From positions 7,750,001-7,814,000 of the forward strand of contig NC_043002.1 in assembly GCF_006345805.1 (NCBI RefSeq): DNA of 64,000 nucleotides, written 5' to 3'. Below are positions 41,401 to 52,417 of this stretch, piece after piece; the stretch's first letter is position 1; the number at the start of each line of letters is the position of its first letter. The translations under genes were made by a program, and so were the position numbers. This DNA comes from Octopus sinensis (taxonomy: Eukaryota). The notes beneath the pieces were generated by a model that saw only the letters and a list, made by a program, of their open reading frames with translations, was not told the DNA's origin and ran no database searches.

Positions 41401-41423
41401 GGGACGTTGCCATTTTCTCACTC

Positions 41424-41463
<40 letters not shown>

Positions 41464-41524
41464 GTGTGTGTGTGTTTATGTAAGTAAAGTTAATTGCCAC
41501 TGCATATACATTATATTATATATC

Positions 41525-41580
<56 letters not shown>

Positions 41581-41905
41581 ATAGTCTCCTGATTTTGCCA
41601 CTAACGAATTTCCACACACACACACACAGGCAAACAGAAAACACATGTTTATTGTGGGTTTTTTTGCATTTTGTCCTGTACTTGTCTCTCGTTTGCTTAC
41701 GTTGGTGATGTCCTGTACTTAATGTATATATATATTAATATATATTAATATATATATATTAGGTATGGTAGATGAGTTCAGCAAAACTTTAGATTCCGAT
41801 GAATATGGTACTTCAGTTGAGGCACCTGAATTTAGTACGGTATTATCCATACAATTTCAAAGTAAGGTGATTAAAATCAAAATAAGCAACAAGGATACCC
41901 AGGAG

Positions 41906-42008
41906 TAATGCAGTATGATCGTTTCATGCAACCCCATTTAATTGAACAATGCAATGATTGCATTGTTCAATTAAATGGAGTTGCATGAAACGATCGCACA
42001 GCATTACC
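41906..42008. repeat. ~100-bp near-perfect hairpin
   Basis: gatcgtttcatgcaaccccatttaattgaacaatgcaat-g-attgcattgttcaattaaatggagttgcatgaaacgatc (41917-41995, one mismatch), extended by gtaatgc/gcattac. Confidence 0.92.
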
Positions 42009-42353
42009 TCTATTATGCCGCTACATATATATATATATATATCCCATGTTCGAAGATTATAATGGACACAGGTTCGTGTGACACACAGCTAGCTAGAGGC
42101 GATGGCCTCTTGGAGCTAATCAACGGCAGCATTCGTCCTATATTTCTGAACTGCCATATTAGCTTGGTGATAACTATTAATATATATATATATATACAGA
42201 GAGAGAGAGAGAGAGAACGAGAGAGAGAGAGAGAGAGAAATGGAACAAAATGCAATCGAGATCACTAAAGCGTTCGGACAGTCAGACGATACAAAGGTGG
42301 ACAAGAGCAACTATTAGAAGGACAGGCAAAAAAATGGGTCATCCGTGGCCTTC

Positions 42354-42388
<35 letters not shown>

Positions 42389-42403
42389 GCGTGTATGTAT
42401 GTA

Positions 42404-43021
42404 TTAGGTTGGCAACTAAGTTCCCGCCTTTTTTTTTAATTTGGAATTTATTGCGTTTTTAAATTTTGGAATTTATTTTTTTCGAGAATTCTATTTTTGA
42501 ATTATTTTGAAATCTATTTTGTTGTGTGTTTTTTTTTCTAGTTAATTTTATTTAATTTTTGTTTATTTTCAGATCATTAAAATGGAATGTCAAGTTAAGA
42601 AAAACGAGTATTTTCGACACCTCCTTCTTTTTGCTTTTAATCAAGGTTCTAAGGCCGCAAAATCTGCTCGCCACATTTGTGCTGTGTATGGAGAGAGTGC
42701 CATAGCTGAAAGAATCTGCATAAAACAATGTTGTGCGTATGGTGGGACAGGGAAAGGATTATCCATTACAGATTGCTTGAACAGAGCCAAACGGTCAACG
42801 TGGAACTCTATGTTCAACAGATGGAATGACTCAATACGGCTATTCAAGAGAAAAGACCGAATCGGCAGCATAGAGTTCTTCTGTTGCACGACAACACCCG
42901 CCCTCATATCGCCAATATGACCAAGAATGCTATTCAAACGCATGGCTGGGAAGTGCTGCCACACCCGCCGTACTCTCCTGATTTGGTACCAACGGATTTC
43001 CATCTCTTTCAAATGCTATGC
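42404..43021 (+). pseudogene. mariner (DD34D) transposon, internally deleted and 3'-truncated
   Basis: TA + TIR ttaggttggcaactaagttcccgcc; HTH MECQVKKNEYFRHLLLFAFNQGSKAA; MLCVWWD; LLHDNTRPH; WEVLPHPPYSPDLVPTDFHLF. Confidence 0.92.
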
Positions 43022-43730
43022 ACAGAGAGAGACAGTAACAGGTGAGAATAATGAGATAACAGCGGTAGAAGAATTCACACTGGTGGAAAGAAAAAGAAGG
43101 AGGAGCGGTAGGGTAAGTCCACCACCGACTAATCAGAAAAAGAAGAAAGAAGAGATGGAAACGAAAGAGGTAACGAGAAAGAAAGATGATAAAAGTGAGA
43201 CGGAAAAGGAAAGGGAAAAAATAATTGAGAAGATGTGTGAAAAAGAGTCAGAGAAGGAGGAAACAAATATGAAGATGATAGGTAAATTGAGGGAAGACTC
43301 AGGAATTCAAGTACAAGAGGACGAAACGGAGAAACTGGTTACAGTAGAGACGGAGAAAGAGAAGGTCCTAGAGTCAGAGAAGAGTATAGAGGAATCTATG
43401 ATAGGAAGGGTAGTGGAGGAAGAAAAGAGAAAGCCGAGAGGAGGGAGTTACAAATGGAATTTCGTGACCTATTCCAAGAACGAGGAGGTGGAGAAAAAAA
43501 TAGTAAAGTTAAAGCACGTTATAAGGGTAAAGTTACCAAACGACGTGTACCCAGAGAGTGAGAAGGCCGTTGTGGTGGATAGGGAAACCTATAAGAAACT
43601 GAGAGACATGTGCGGAAGTAAAATTGACCCAGCTGGAGCACTGGTGGAGTTCAATGAGCTGCCACCAGTAATCGACGCTTTACATGAGGCGTTAAAAAGG
43701 AATAAAAGTAAAATTAATTGCGTTTTTTAA
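43022..43730 (+). CDS. Orphan E/K-rich ORF (~235 codons, open, 5'-truncated or starting at an internal ATG), probably element-borne
   Basis: Non-mariner part of ORF 42927-43730. Basic NLS-like RKRRR/KKKK, an acidic coiled region, and a ~90-aa non-repetitive C-terminus (WNFVTYSKNEE...VIRVKLPNDVYP...LVEFNELPPVIDALHEAL). No family recognised. Confidence 0.45.
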
Positions 43731-44395
43731 AAAAAAAAGAAGGAAAAAACAAAAAGAAAAAGTTTTGGAAAAAAAAACGATAATTAAGGAAAGAAAAAAC
43801 AATAGATAGTGACTGTGTATACAAATGTTCAAATGGTACTGCATGAGGAGTGGGACCCATGCAGCCATTCAGCTTTCATTATTATATAATATTCATACTC
43901 ATTCGTTTTGTGTTTTTTGTCCCCACTGAGGTGTTGTGTCTGTCCTTGTAGTGTCCCCTCTGTGTTAGTGGCCTGAGTGCCTAATAAAGGAAATGTCTTT
44001 ATTTCTATTACTAGCGTATAGTATGCTACTCGATTCCTTGATGTAAAGCCTATACGATTTAGTATATGTGTTCTATGGTGTTAATTCAGTAATTATCGAT
44101 CATCGTTAATTATACTCAATGTTAGAATGTATGAAGTGGTTAATGTATGATGCTAATATCGTGGAATTTTTTATATAGAGGTGAATAAATGAATTCTTGT
44201 GTCCCCTATATCTATTTTTAAAATGAGTAGTACTCCATATATAAATGTTCCTAAGTCCGGAGCGTTTAAACTAATAAACCTGTTTGCTGTTTACACACCC
44301 GTCTTCGTCTTTTGTTCGTTTCTTTTGTAAATTCCAAATATATATGTATGTATGTGTGTATGCATAACTTAAAATTGAATAGAAGATCTGAAATC

Positions 44396-44439
44396 CACCT
44401 GATGAATGTCCTTAGAAGAGACACGAAACAATTGTAGTG
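44396..44439 (+). ncRNA. Minimal type-I hammerhead motif heading a Penelope-type repeat (44395-44615)
   Basis: cac-CUGAUGA-a-uguc(cuuagaaga)gaca-c-GAAA-caauug-UA-gug. Palindromic ACAAUUGU stem III, GUA triplet. A-C mismatch at the base of stem II. Confidence 0.7.
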
Positions 44440-44682
44440 CTAAATTAATTTATTTAATTTATATAAAATTTTTATGGATTGGATTAAGTCTTTCTTTGTT
44501 TGATTTGCATAATAGTGGTTTTGTCTCTAATTAATATTATATAATATTTTACTAAAAATTGGATCAATCCTAAATCTGATTTTCCCTGTAAATTGGATTA
44601 TTCCCTAATATTATTATATATATATATATATAATATATATTAAACATATAATATATATACAATATATATATATACATATATA

Positions 44683-45055
44683 TACAAAATTGAGAATGTG
44701 TGTCTGTCTGTCTGTGTATTTCCCTAAAACTTGAGAACTACACAACCAATTTCATTCAAATTTAACACATGCCTTACTAAGGGTCCATGGAGGAGAAAAT
44801 TCTTATGAATTAACTACGAAATTGGACCAATACGGAAATAACGAATTTTTTAGAGATTTCTATCGATTTGTTTCGGGACACATAAATTATAATGGTGATT
44901 GACAATTTTTGTCTTTTTTTCGGCATATTTGGCATTGGAATTTTTCTTTTGCCCTTGTCTTGTAAATTATTTATAAATTTAACCTTTAAAGGTATTTTTG
45001 ATATGCTGGCCATTGATAAAATTTTTTTCCCGAAAAAAATTTTATCCTACATTAG

Positions 45056-45060
<5 letters not shown>
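44683..45060 (+). mobile_element. Probable non-autonomous Helitron-like element
   Basis: 5' atacaaaattgagaatgtgtgtctgtctgtc resembles the other Helitron starts. 3' end is hairpin tttttt(cccg)aaaaaa then cattag|t. A second partial copy lies at 9040-9415. Confidence 0.5.
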
Positions 45061-45094
<34 letters not shown>

Positions 45095-45135
45095 ACTACA
45101 AACATTTTTTTCTCTCCTTGTTTTTTTCTGTGTCC

Positions 45136-45171
45136 CTTTCTGTAGAAGAGCGTAGGTTCGAAACGTAAAAG
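45136..45171 (+). ncRNA. Hammerhead-like motif with non-canonical core (CUGUAGA)
   Basis: cuuu-CUGUAGA-a-gagc(guag)guuc-GAAA-cg-UA-aaag. Same architecture as 16124-16162 but U at position 6. Confidence 0.55.
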
Positions 45172-45270
45172 AATTTTTCTATTCTTGAGTGTTATACTAA
45201 TACATCTGTTTTCGTAAACTCTCCTTATGTATATCTATATATATATATAAGCGATGGTAGAGGGACAAAT

Positions 45271-45304
<34 letters not shown>

Positions 45305-45318
45305 ACACACACACTGTA

Positions 45319-45470
45319 TCTCTTATATAAAATCCGTTTTGTCTGTGTGCGTGTGGCTTCTAGGATCTCGGGCATCCTCCGTCCAATTGCGCTCAAATTT
45401 TCTATGTAGATGCCGACGGTATCAGGGCGATTCCAGGTGAGAATGCGATCAATAAAGCCGTGGGAAACTT
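45319..45470 (+). mobile_element. 5' part of a non-autonomous Helitron
   Basis: a|TCtcttatataaaatccgttttgtctgtgtg...ccaattgcgctcaaattt. The 3' CTAG end was not found. Confidence 0.5.
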
Positions 45471-45939
45471 GATAAACTTTGGAATAGAAAAAGTTTATCT
45501 TTATTTCTCCTTTGGCTGGTGTCTCAGATTTAGGTTAAATCAGTGTTTCTCAATGGGTCGGTCGAACAAGTTGTTGTGAGAAAATTTGGTTTAAATGTCT
45601 GACAACTCAGCACCGTCCATTGGACGGGGGCCCTTTTGCTCGTATATATATATATATATATATACGACGAGCTTCTTTCAGTTTTCGTCTATCAGATCCA
45701 CTCACAAGGCTTTGGTCGGCCTGAGGCTATAGTACCACGCAGTTGGACTGAACTCAAAACCATGTCGTTGGGAGCAAGCCAACATAAATATATATATGGG
45801 TGTATATATATATATGTATATATATATATATAATATATATATATATATATAGATAATATATATATATTATGAATAAATGTATGATGTGTATATATATATA
45901 TATATATGTAGGTATATATGTATGCATATATATGTATGT

Positions 45940-45978
<39 letters not shown>

Positions 45979-46347
45979 AGTGTGTGTTCCTATATATGGA
46001 TTCATAGAATCGTGCGCCTATCACAGAAAGCTCATCTAATGGACCACATAATAATTAAATATGCACGCACACATGCACATGTGTGTGAGTCCGTGTGTAT
46101 ATGTATGTGTATGTGTGTGTGTGCTTATGTTCGTATACGTACTTAGTAGTTTTATCGATATAAATCAAACTTTATATATGTATTCTTCTGTTTTATGTCC
46201 TGTCCTTCAAATAACACAGTTTATCTTTAGGCAAACTTTCTCCAACTTAACAAGGATGTTGTATTACAACACATGCATGCATACATATATATATATAATA
46301 CCTTTATATATACATACATTCACACACAATATATATTCATACATGCG

Positions 46348-46380
<33 letters not shown>

Positions 46381-46519
46381 TATATATATATATAATAATT
46401 ATTTGAGGGAATAATCCTAACTTACAGGGAAAAATTCATTTAGAAATACTAAATCAAATTTCACAATATATAATATATACACGTACATACACAAACACAC
46501 ACAAACACACACACACACA

Positions 46520-46574
<55 letters not shown>

Positions 46575-47099
46575 ACACCATTGAATAGATATCTTCAACA
46601 GGTGTCAACACACAGAAAAAGAGAACATTGAATTTTTTAGCTAATTTTTATATTTCTCACAAAAGAAGCAGTCATTAAAATATCAAAAAAAAAAAATATA
46701 TGAATCATGATTATAAAACGTACTCTGCTCACACCGCCTATCGCTTGTAAAACAGCCATTGGTCCATCGCCAGCAGGTGTCACATATATTTTAAAAGAAT
46801 TAAAAAGGAAAAAAAAGGAAACAACAACGAAACAAAAAGTACCTCATTTCTCAAACAAGACTTTTCATTTATTTTTGTGTGTCTTTTCCTTCTCGTTAAA
46901 TCGGCCATTGATGCTGTTATTGTTGTTGATGATGCCCAGGGTATCATTGAATGAGCATAAAAGATCAAAGGTATTCCAGTCACAAACATCTCGTCGTTTC
47001 ACTTTATTACGTAACTTTCTGTGCATCAACAAAATATCTTACGGAATTTAGTCCGGCAAACAGTACGTACACACACACACACACACACACCACACATAG

Positions 47100-47150
<51 letters not shown>

Positions 47151-47154
47151 ATAA

Positions 47155-47349
47155 TTAGAAGAAATGAGGTAATCAGAAGAATCAGATGGTTCATATTTAC
47201 AGATATTATTGATATATTACATTTTTTACAAATATATCATATCATTCAGATCTGAATGATATGATATATATATGTAAAAAATGTAATATATAAAATAAAT
47301 ATCTGTAAATATGAACCATCTGATCTTCTGATTACCTCATTTCTTCTAA
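47155..47349. repeat. 195-bp spacerless palindrome
   Basis: ttagaagaaatgaggtaatcagaag...atcattcaga|tctgaatgat...cttctgattacctcatttcttctaa. Centre at 47250/47251; flanked by (TA)n. Confidence 0.93.
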
Positions 47350-47380
47350 TATATAATACCTGTACATCATCTCCAAACCT

Positions 47381-47431
<51 letters not shown>

Positions 47432-47475
47432 AGATATATATATATATATATATATAATATATATATATATATATT

Positions 47476-47510
<35 letters not shown>

Positions 47511-47560
47511 CATACATTATATATATATTATACATACATACATACATTATATATAATATA

Positions 47561-47614
<54 letters not shown>

Positions 47615-47699
47615 CGTGAAGTATATTTGCCACTTAAATATGGCTAACCTTAAGGGTGAATGCTACTGTAGCTGTAGCCCCAGGAGGGCACCTCCGGCA

Positions 47700-48065
47700 A
47701 ACAGTCGGAATAAATTCCGTACTGCGTGGAAATCCCATCGAGATCAGCTTTGACTTTTACCCTTGGAGTGTCGATAAAAATACGTTACCTTTTAAATACA
47801 GGTTTGCTGTCATTGACTACCTCCCACCCTCAGCAATTGCGAGCCCTGTGCCTCAGCTGGAAATAATTATCGTTAGAAGACCGGTGGATTGACAGAATCG
47901 TTTAAGTGACGGAGTCAATGCTTTGTAATATATCTTTCGTCCCATTACGTCTTGAGTTCAAATCTTACCGAGCTCAACTTTATCTTTCATCTTTTTGAGG
48001 TCGATAAAATAAAGTACTAACACCTCGCCTAAAAAATTGCTGGCCTTGTGCCTAAACAAGAAGCA
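47700..48065 (+). mobile_element. Two decayed Meta-like SINE copies (alternative tail)
   Basis: ctttgacttttacccttggagtgtcgataaaa and gagttcaaatct...ctttcatctttttgaggtcgataaaataaagtac...aattgctggccttgtgcc. Confidence 0.65.
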
Positions 48066-48149
48066 ATTATTACTACTGCTACTGATATTGTTGCTGCTGT
48101 CATTGCTTGTGTTGTTGCTTTTTCAGAATCTGCCAACTCTCGATCAAAT

Positions 48150-49270
48150 TTTGCGATGCATTCTCTTTCTTTTACGACTGAAACGGCGTGATTTGAGGGG
48201 TTCGAAAACAATCGGGGTCTCGACGGTGACCGGTACGAACAGACAGCAACCAGATTTTAAGGGTTCAGGAACAACTAAAGTCTGGACGGTGATCGGTACG
48301 AACAGATATCAGCCGGCCAAACTCCGGTACTTAGCTACCTTTCTCTCCTGCGCTGCAGGCGGCGACAACTGGATTTGCGACTGATGCAGCAAGGCTGGAG
48401 ACGGAGCACCTCGCGTCCCAGATTAATGATTTACCTCCCTTGTATGCGAAGCGGGTTATTCCGTCGGGGCGTTTACCATCCCCGTGGTCAAGACCTACTG
48501 GACCCAGTTGTGATAGAAAGGCAGCTGCGTCGTGGCCCTTTCTAATGATATCGTTCAGAGCAGCGTGTCGAGGGATCCAGCCCGCACCATGGCCGCAAGA
48601 TAATGGATGAAGGCCGAATTCAACTACAGCTTCACAACGGCATTTGTGCGGCTCACACACGCAGAGATCGAGGCGCTTGACCACTCGATACGAATGCACT
48701 CATCATGAAGTAGAGTTGATGAGGAGGGCACTGAATTGTACCACACACAGCTTTTTGGCTGCGAAGTGGATCTGAAGCAGGTGAGGAGGTGTTAGGGAAT
48801 CTCAATCTGCTTGAAGGTGGGCTTGCACTTGATATCGTCTCAGTTACGTGTGACGTCTATAGTATAGGGGACGACGAGGACATCAACGATCCCATCGACT
48901 GCAAGTCCCGGGTCATATCAGGTTCATCTCACCGAGTCCCTCGCTAATGAGAGTACGACTAAAGATAGAGGAAATTCAGACAGGCAGCGCCAGGCTCCAA
49001 GGCCACCCAATTTCATGAGTAGTTTCGCAAGTTGCCATTGTAGATCAGTTCAGCAGAGCGCCGGATGGTAGCATCGATTTCGCCGAGGCTATCAATCAGA
49101 AGGTGACATGGTGCACTGCGGAAGGGCGCCAGGTGCGCATCGATGAGGCGCAATCTTGTCCTCATCCTTGGACAGGTTCGCAAGCTTGGTCTAAAGGCAC
49201 CCTCGTACGGCTTTTGGGAGGATAAGGGGGTAAAGAATGTAGACGGCGTCTTTCGGCGTCAGCCGAGCTC
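48150..49270 (-). pseudogene. CRE-clade-like non-LTR retrotransposon 3' part (RT thumb, CCHC knuckle, RLE)
   Basis: MKLGGLG; CxC...GLHPLSC..G.G.IPRHAALNDII; GLDHGDGKRPDGIT..KGGKSLIWDARC; ERKVAKYRSL; YLFVPITVQTL. The last segment is duplicated (~60 bp). Confidence 0.8.
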
Positions 49271-49337
49271 CGCCACTCCTATAGAATTTTCAGCTAATAA
49301 TATATACGCTTGGGAGGGAGGGAGAAAAAAAGAGAGG

Positions 49338-49645
49338 AGGAGGAGGAGAGGTAATATGTGCGCATGAAAGAGAGATAGATAACATAGAGATAGAGAGAGA
49401 GAGAGAGAGAGATGTGGGAGGAGGAGAGGTAATATGTGCGCATGAAAGAGAGATAGATAAGATAAAGAGAGAGAAAGAGAGAGAGAGGGAGGGAGATGGG
49501 GAGGAGGAGAGGTAATATGTGCGCATGAAAGAGAGATAGATAAGATAGAGAGAGATAGATAGAGAGAGAGAGAAAAGAGAGAGATGGGGGAGGAGGAGAG
49601 GTAATATGTGCGCATGAAAGAGAGATAGATAGAGAGAGAGAGAGG
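49338..49645 (+). repeat. Minisatellite, 4 units (78-89 bp): constant core plus variable (GA)n
   Basis: gtaatatgtgcgcatgaaagagagatagata starts at 49351, 49429, 49512 and 49601. Confidence 0.92.
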
Positions 49646-49899
49646 GAAAGAAAGAAAGAAAGAAAGAAAGAAGGAAGGAAAGAAAGGAAGGAAAGGAGGA
49701 GAAGTAATTAGATATCCCTGCCCATAAATAATACTCAAACACCTCAAGCTAGACAGTCATGAAGACACTAACTCATGCACACTATTACAGGTAGCAGTGT
49801 GCTGTCATTATAAGCGAGCCCTCACCTGGTTGCTTTGCATTGTGGGAAGATGCCACTGCTAGAACAAGTAAAGAGATAGAGTAGGGCAGCAGTTATTTT

Positions 49900-50260
49900 G
49901 TGAAGCAACAGGCACAGCTGAGGGAGGAGGGGTGATAAGAGGAGAAAAAGGAGGAGGAAGAAGGACGGGAACTGACATATTTAGAAAGGGCAAAATATAG
50001 GGGTGGGTGAGTGGTGGTGAATGGTTGTGGTGACGATGATGGAGAGGGAAAAAAGGTGGGGATGATAATAGCGGGGGTTAAAGAAAGGGATGGTTGTAGT
50101 GGTGGTGAAAGGTGGAAGAGTATGACGATGGGGATATGAAGGGGGGGGGAAGAGATAGAGGAAAAATAGACGGAAAAAGGGAGACTGATAAAAGGAAATC
50201 AAAGGGTGAAGAGGTGGTGGGATGGTGGCTTTGGTAGTGGCAGTGGTGGTGCTGGTGTTG

Positions 50261-50292
<32 letters not shown>

Positions 50293-51115
50293 GGTGGTGG
50301 TGGAGGAGGAGGAAAGGAGGAGGAGGAAGAGGCGATGGCGACGGCTGTGGCGATGGCGGTGGTGGTGGCGGTGGTGGCGGTGGATGGGTAGAAGGATGAA
50401 GAAGAACGGAAGGAAGAGGAGGAAGTGGAAGAAGAGGTGGAGGAGGAGGGTGGTGGTGGTGGTGGTGGAGGAGGAGGAGGAGGAGGGAGAGAAAGAAGAA
50501 AAGGAGGAAGAAAAACGAGAAAGAAGCAGAAGAAAAAGAAGAAAAGGAAGAAAGAAGAAGTAGAAGAAGAAGAAGAAGAACGCGAGGAGGAGGAAGAAGA
50601 AGAAGAAGAGGAAGGGGAAGAAGGAGAACAGCAACAACAAAAACAAGAGGAGAGAAAGAAGAGGTGGAGGAAGAACAAGGACAAGAAGAGAAAGAAGAGG
50701 AAGAGTAGAAGAACAAGAAGAGAAGGAAGAAGAGAAAGGGAGAAGAAGGAGAAGAAGGGTGAGGAGGAGGAAGGAAAGAACAAGAATAAGAGGAGGAGGG
50801 GAAGAACAAGAAGGAGAAGAGAAGGAAGGGGAGGGGAAGAAAAAAGGAGAGGGGAAAGGAGAAACTGGAAGAAAAGAAAGAGAAGGAAGAAGAGAAGGGG
50901 GGAGAGGAGGATGTCGAGGAAGAAGAGGGAATGATGAACAGGGGGAGGTAGAGGAGGTGGAGGAAGAAGAGGGAGTGAGGAAGTGGAAGTTGAGGGAGAG
51001 TGTAAGAGGAGAAGGAGGAAAGGAGGAAGGGAAGAAAGGAGTGCGGAAGTGGAAGAACAGGAGTAAAGACAGGAGGAGGGGAAGTCAAAGAAGAAGAAGG
51101 AGGAGGAGGGGCGAA
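49900..51115. repeat. 1.2-kb polypurine / (GGA,GAA,GGT)n low-complexity tract
   Basis: Plus strand is almost all G/A; long stop-free ORFs on minus are expected by composition. Confidence 0.9.
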
Positions 51116-51437
51116 GATAGATTTGTGGAAGTGAACGGTAAAGAGTGTATTTGAAGACGTTGAGGGCGATGACCCGGCAGAGATAGATGTGAAAACGGTG
51201 GTTATTGATGTCCGTTGTTGTTGAGTCCCAGGTCGGGTTTGAACGGAAACCGTAACCTTACCGTCTTCTTTCTGTGGACAGCGAAACCACAATCACAATC
51301 ACGCTTATGCGTAGTTTGAAAGTATTTTAGCTAGTATTTTTAGCAGGTTGAGAAACCATGTGGTGGGAAAAAGGAGATGGATGTGGAGAAGGAGAGAATA
51401 GTAGAAAATAGAAAAGGTGCAAGAAAAACGGGTAAAT

Positions 51438-51851
51438 AGGCACAGGAGTGGCTGTGTGGTAAGTAGCTTGTTAACCAACCACATGGTTCCGGGTTCAGTC
51501 CCACTGCGTGGCATCTTGGGCAAGTGTCTTCTACTACAGCCTCGGGCCGACCAAAGCCTTGTGAGTGGATTTGGTAGATGGAAACTGAAAGAAGCCCGTC
51601 GTATATATGTATATGAATATATATGCGTGTGTGTGGTTGTGTGTCTGTATTTGTCCCCCTAGCATTGCTTGACAACCATGCTGGTGTGTTTATGTCCCCG
51701 TTACCTAGCGGTTCGGCAAAACAGACCGATAGAATAAGTACTGGGCTTACAAAAAGAATAAGTCCCGGGGTCGAGTTGCTCGATTAAAGGCGGTGCTCCA
51801 GCATGGCCGCAGTCAAATAACTGAAACAAGTAAAAGAGTAAAAGAGTAAAG
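51438..51851 (+). mobile_element. Full-length CORE-type SINE
   Basis: aggcacaggagtggctgtgtggt (A box), ggttcagtccc (B box), cttgggcaagtgtctt (CORE-like), and (GAGTAAAA)n tail. Confidence 0.92.
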
Positions 51852-52046
51852 ATTATGCCAAAGAGAAACGTGTGGCCCATGAAAGGTGACAGGAGGGGGA
51901 GGAGAAAATGAATATAACTATAACACAATGTTGTTTAGCTCCCCGACCAAGCAGACCAGTGGTCAGAAGTGTTCCAACCAAGACATTTTGGCGGGGGATT
52001 TTCAGAAAATGTCTTGCCAATTAATGTTCTACGCACGGGAATTCAT

Positions 52047-52310
52047 ACTCTTTTTACTCTTTTTTACTTGTTTCAGTCATTTGACTGCGGCCATGCTGGA
52101 GCACCGCCTTTAATCGAGCAACTCGACCCCAGGACTTATTCTTTTGTAAGCCCAGTACTTATTCTATCGGTCTCTTTTGCCGAACCGCTAAGTAACGGGG
52201 ACATAAGCACACCAGCATCGTTTGTCAAGCAAGGCTAGGGGGACAAACACAGACACACAAACACACACGCACATATATATATATATACATATATACGACG
52301 GGCTTCTTTT
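52047..52310 (-). mobile_element. 3' half of CORE-type SINE, facing the 51438 copy
   Basis: Reverse complement of ~51590-51850. Confidence 0.88.
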
Positions 52311-52327
52311 GCTATATATATATGTTG

Positions 52328-52417
<90 letters not shown>

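Noticed and set aside
42927-43021. N-terminal MLFKRMAGKCC... of ORF 42927-43730 as part of a real protein
   Set aside because: It is an off-frame reading of the mariner PHPPYSPDL region; any genuine ORF begins after ~43022.
49338-49645. CRISPR-like repeat-spacer pattern
   Set aside because: The spacers are just length-variable GA microsatellite.
49981-51292. Long ORFs of 221, 404 and 194 aa (minus) and E/K/R/G-rich ORFs (plus)
   Set aside because: Polypurine/polypyrimidine composition suppresses stop codons; the products are homopolymeric with no domain.
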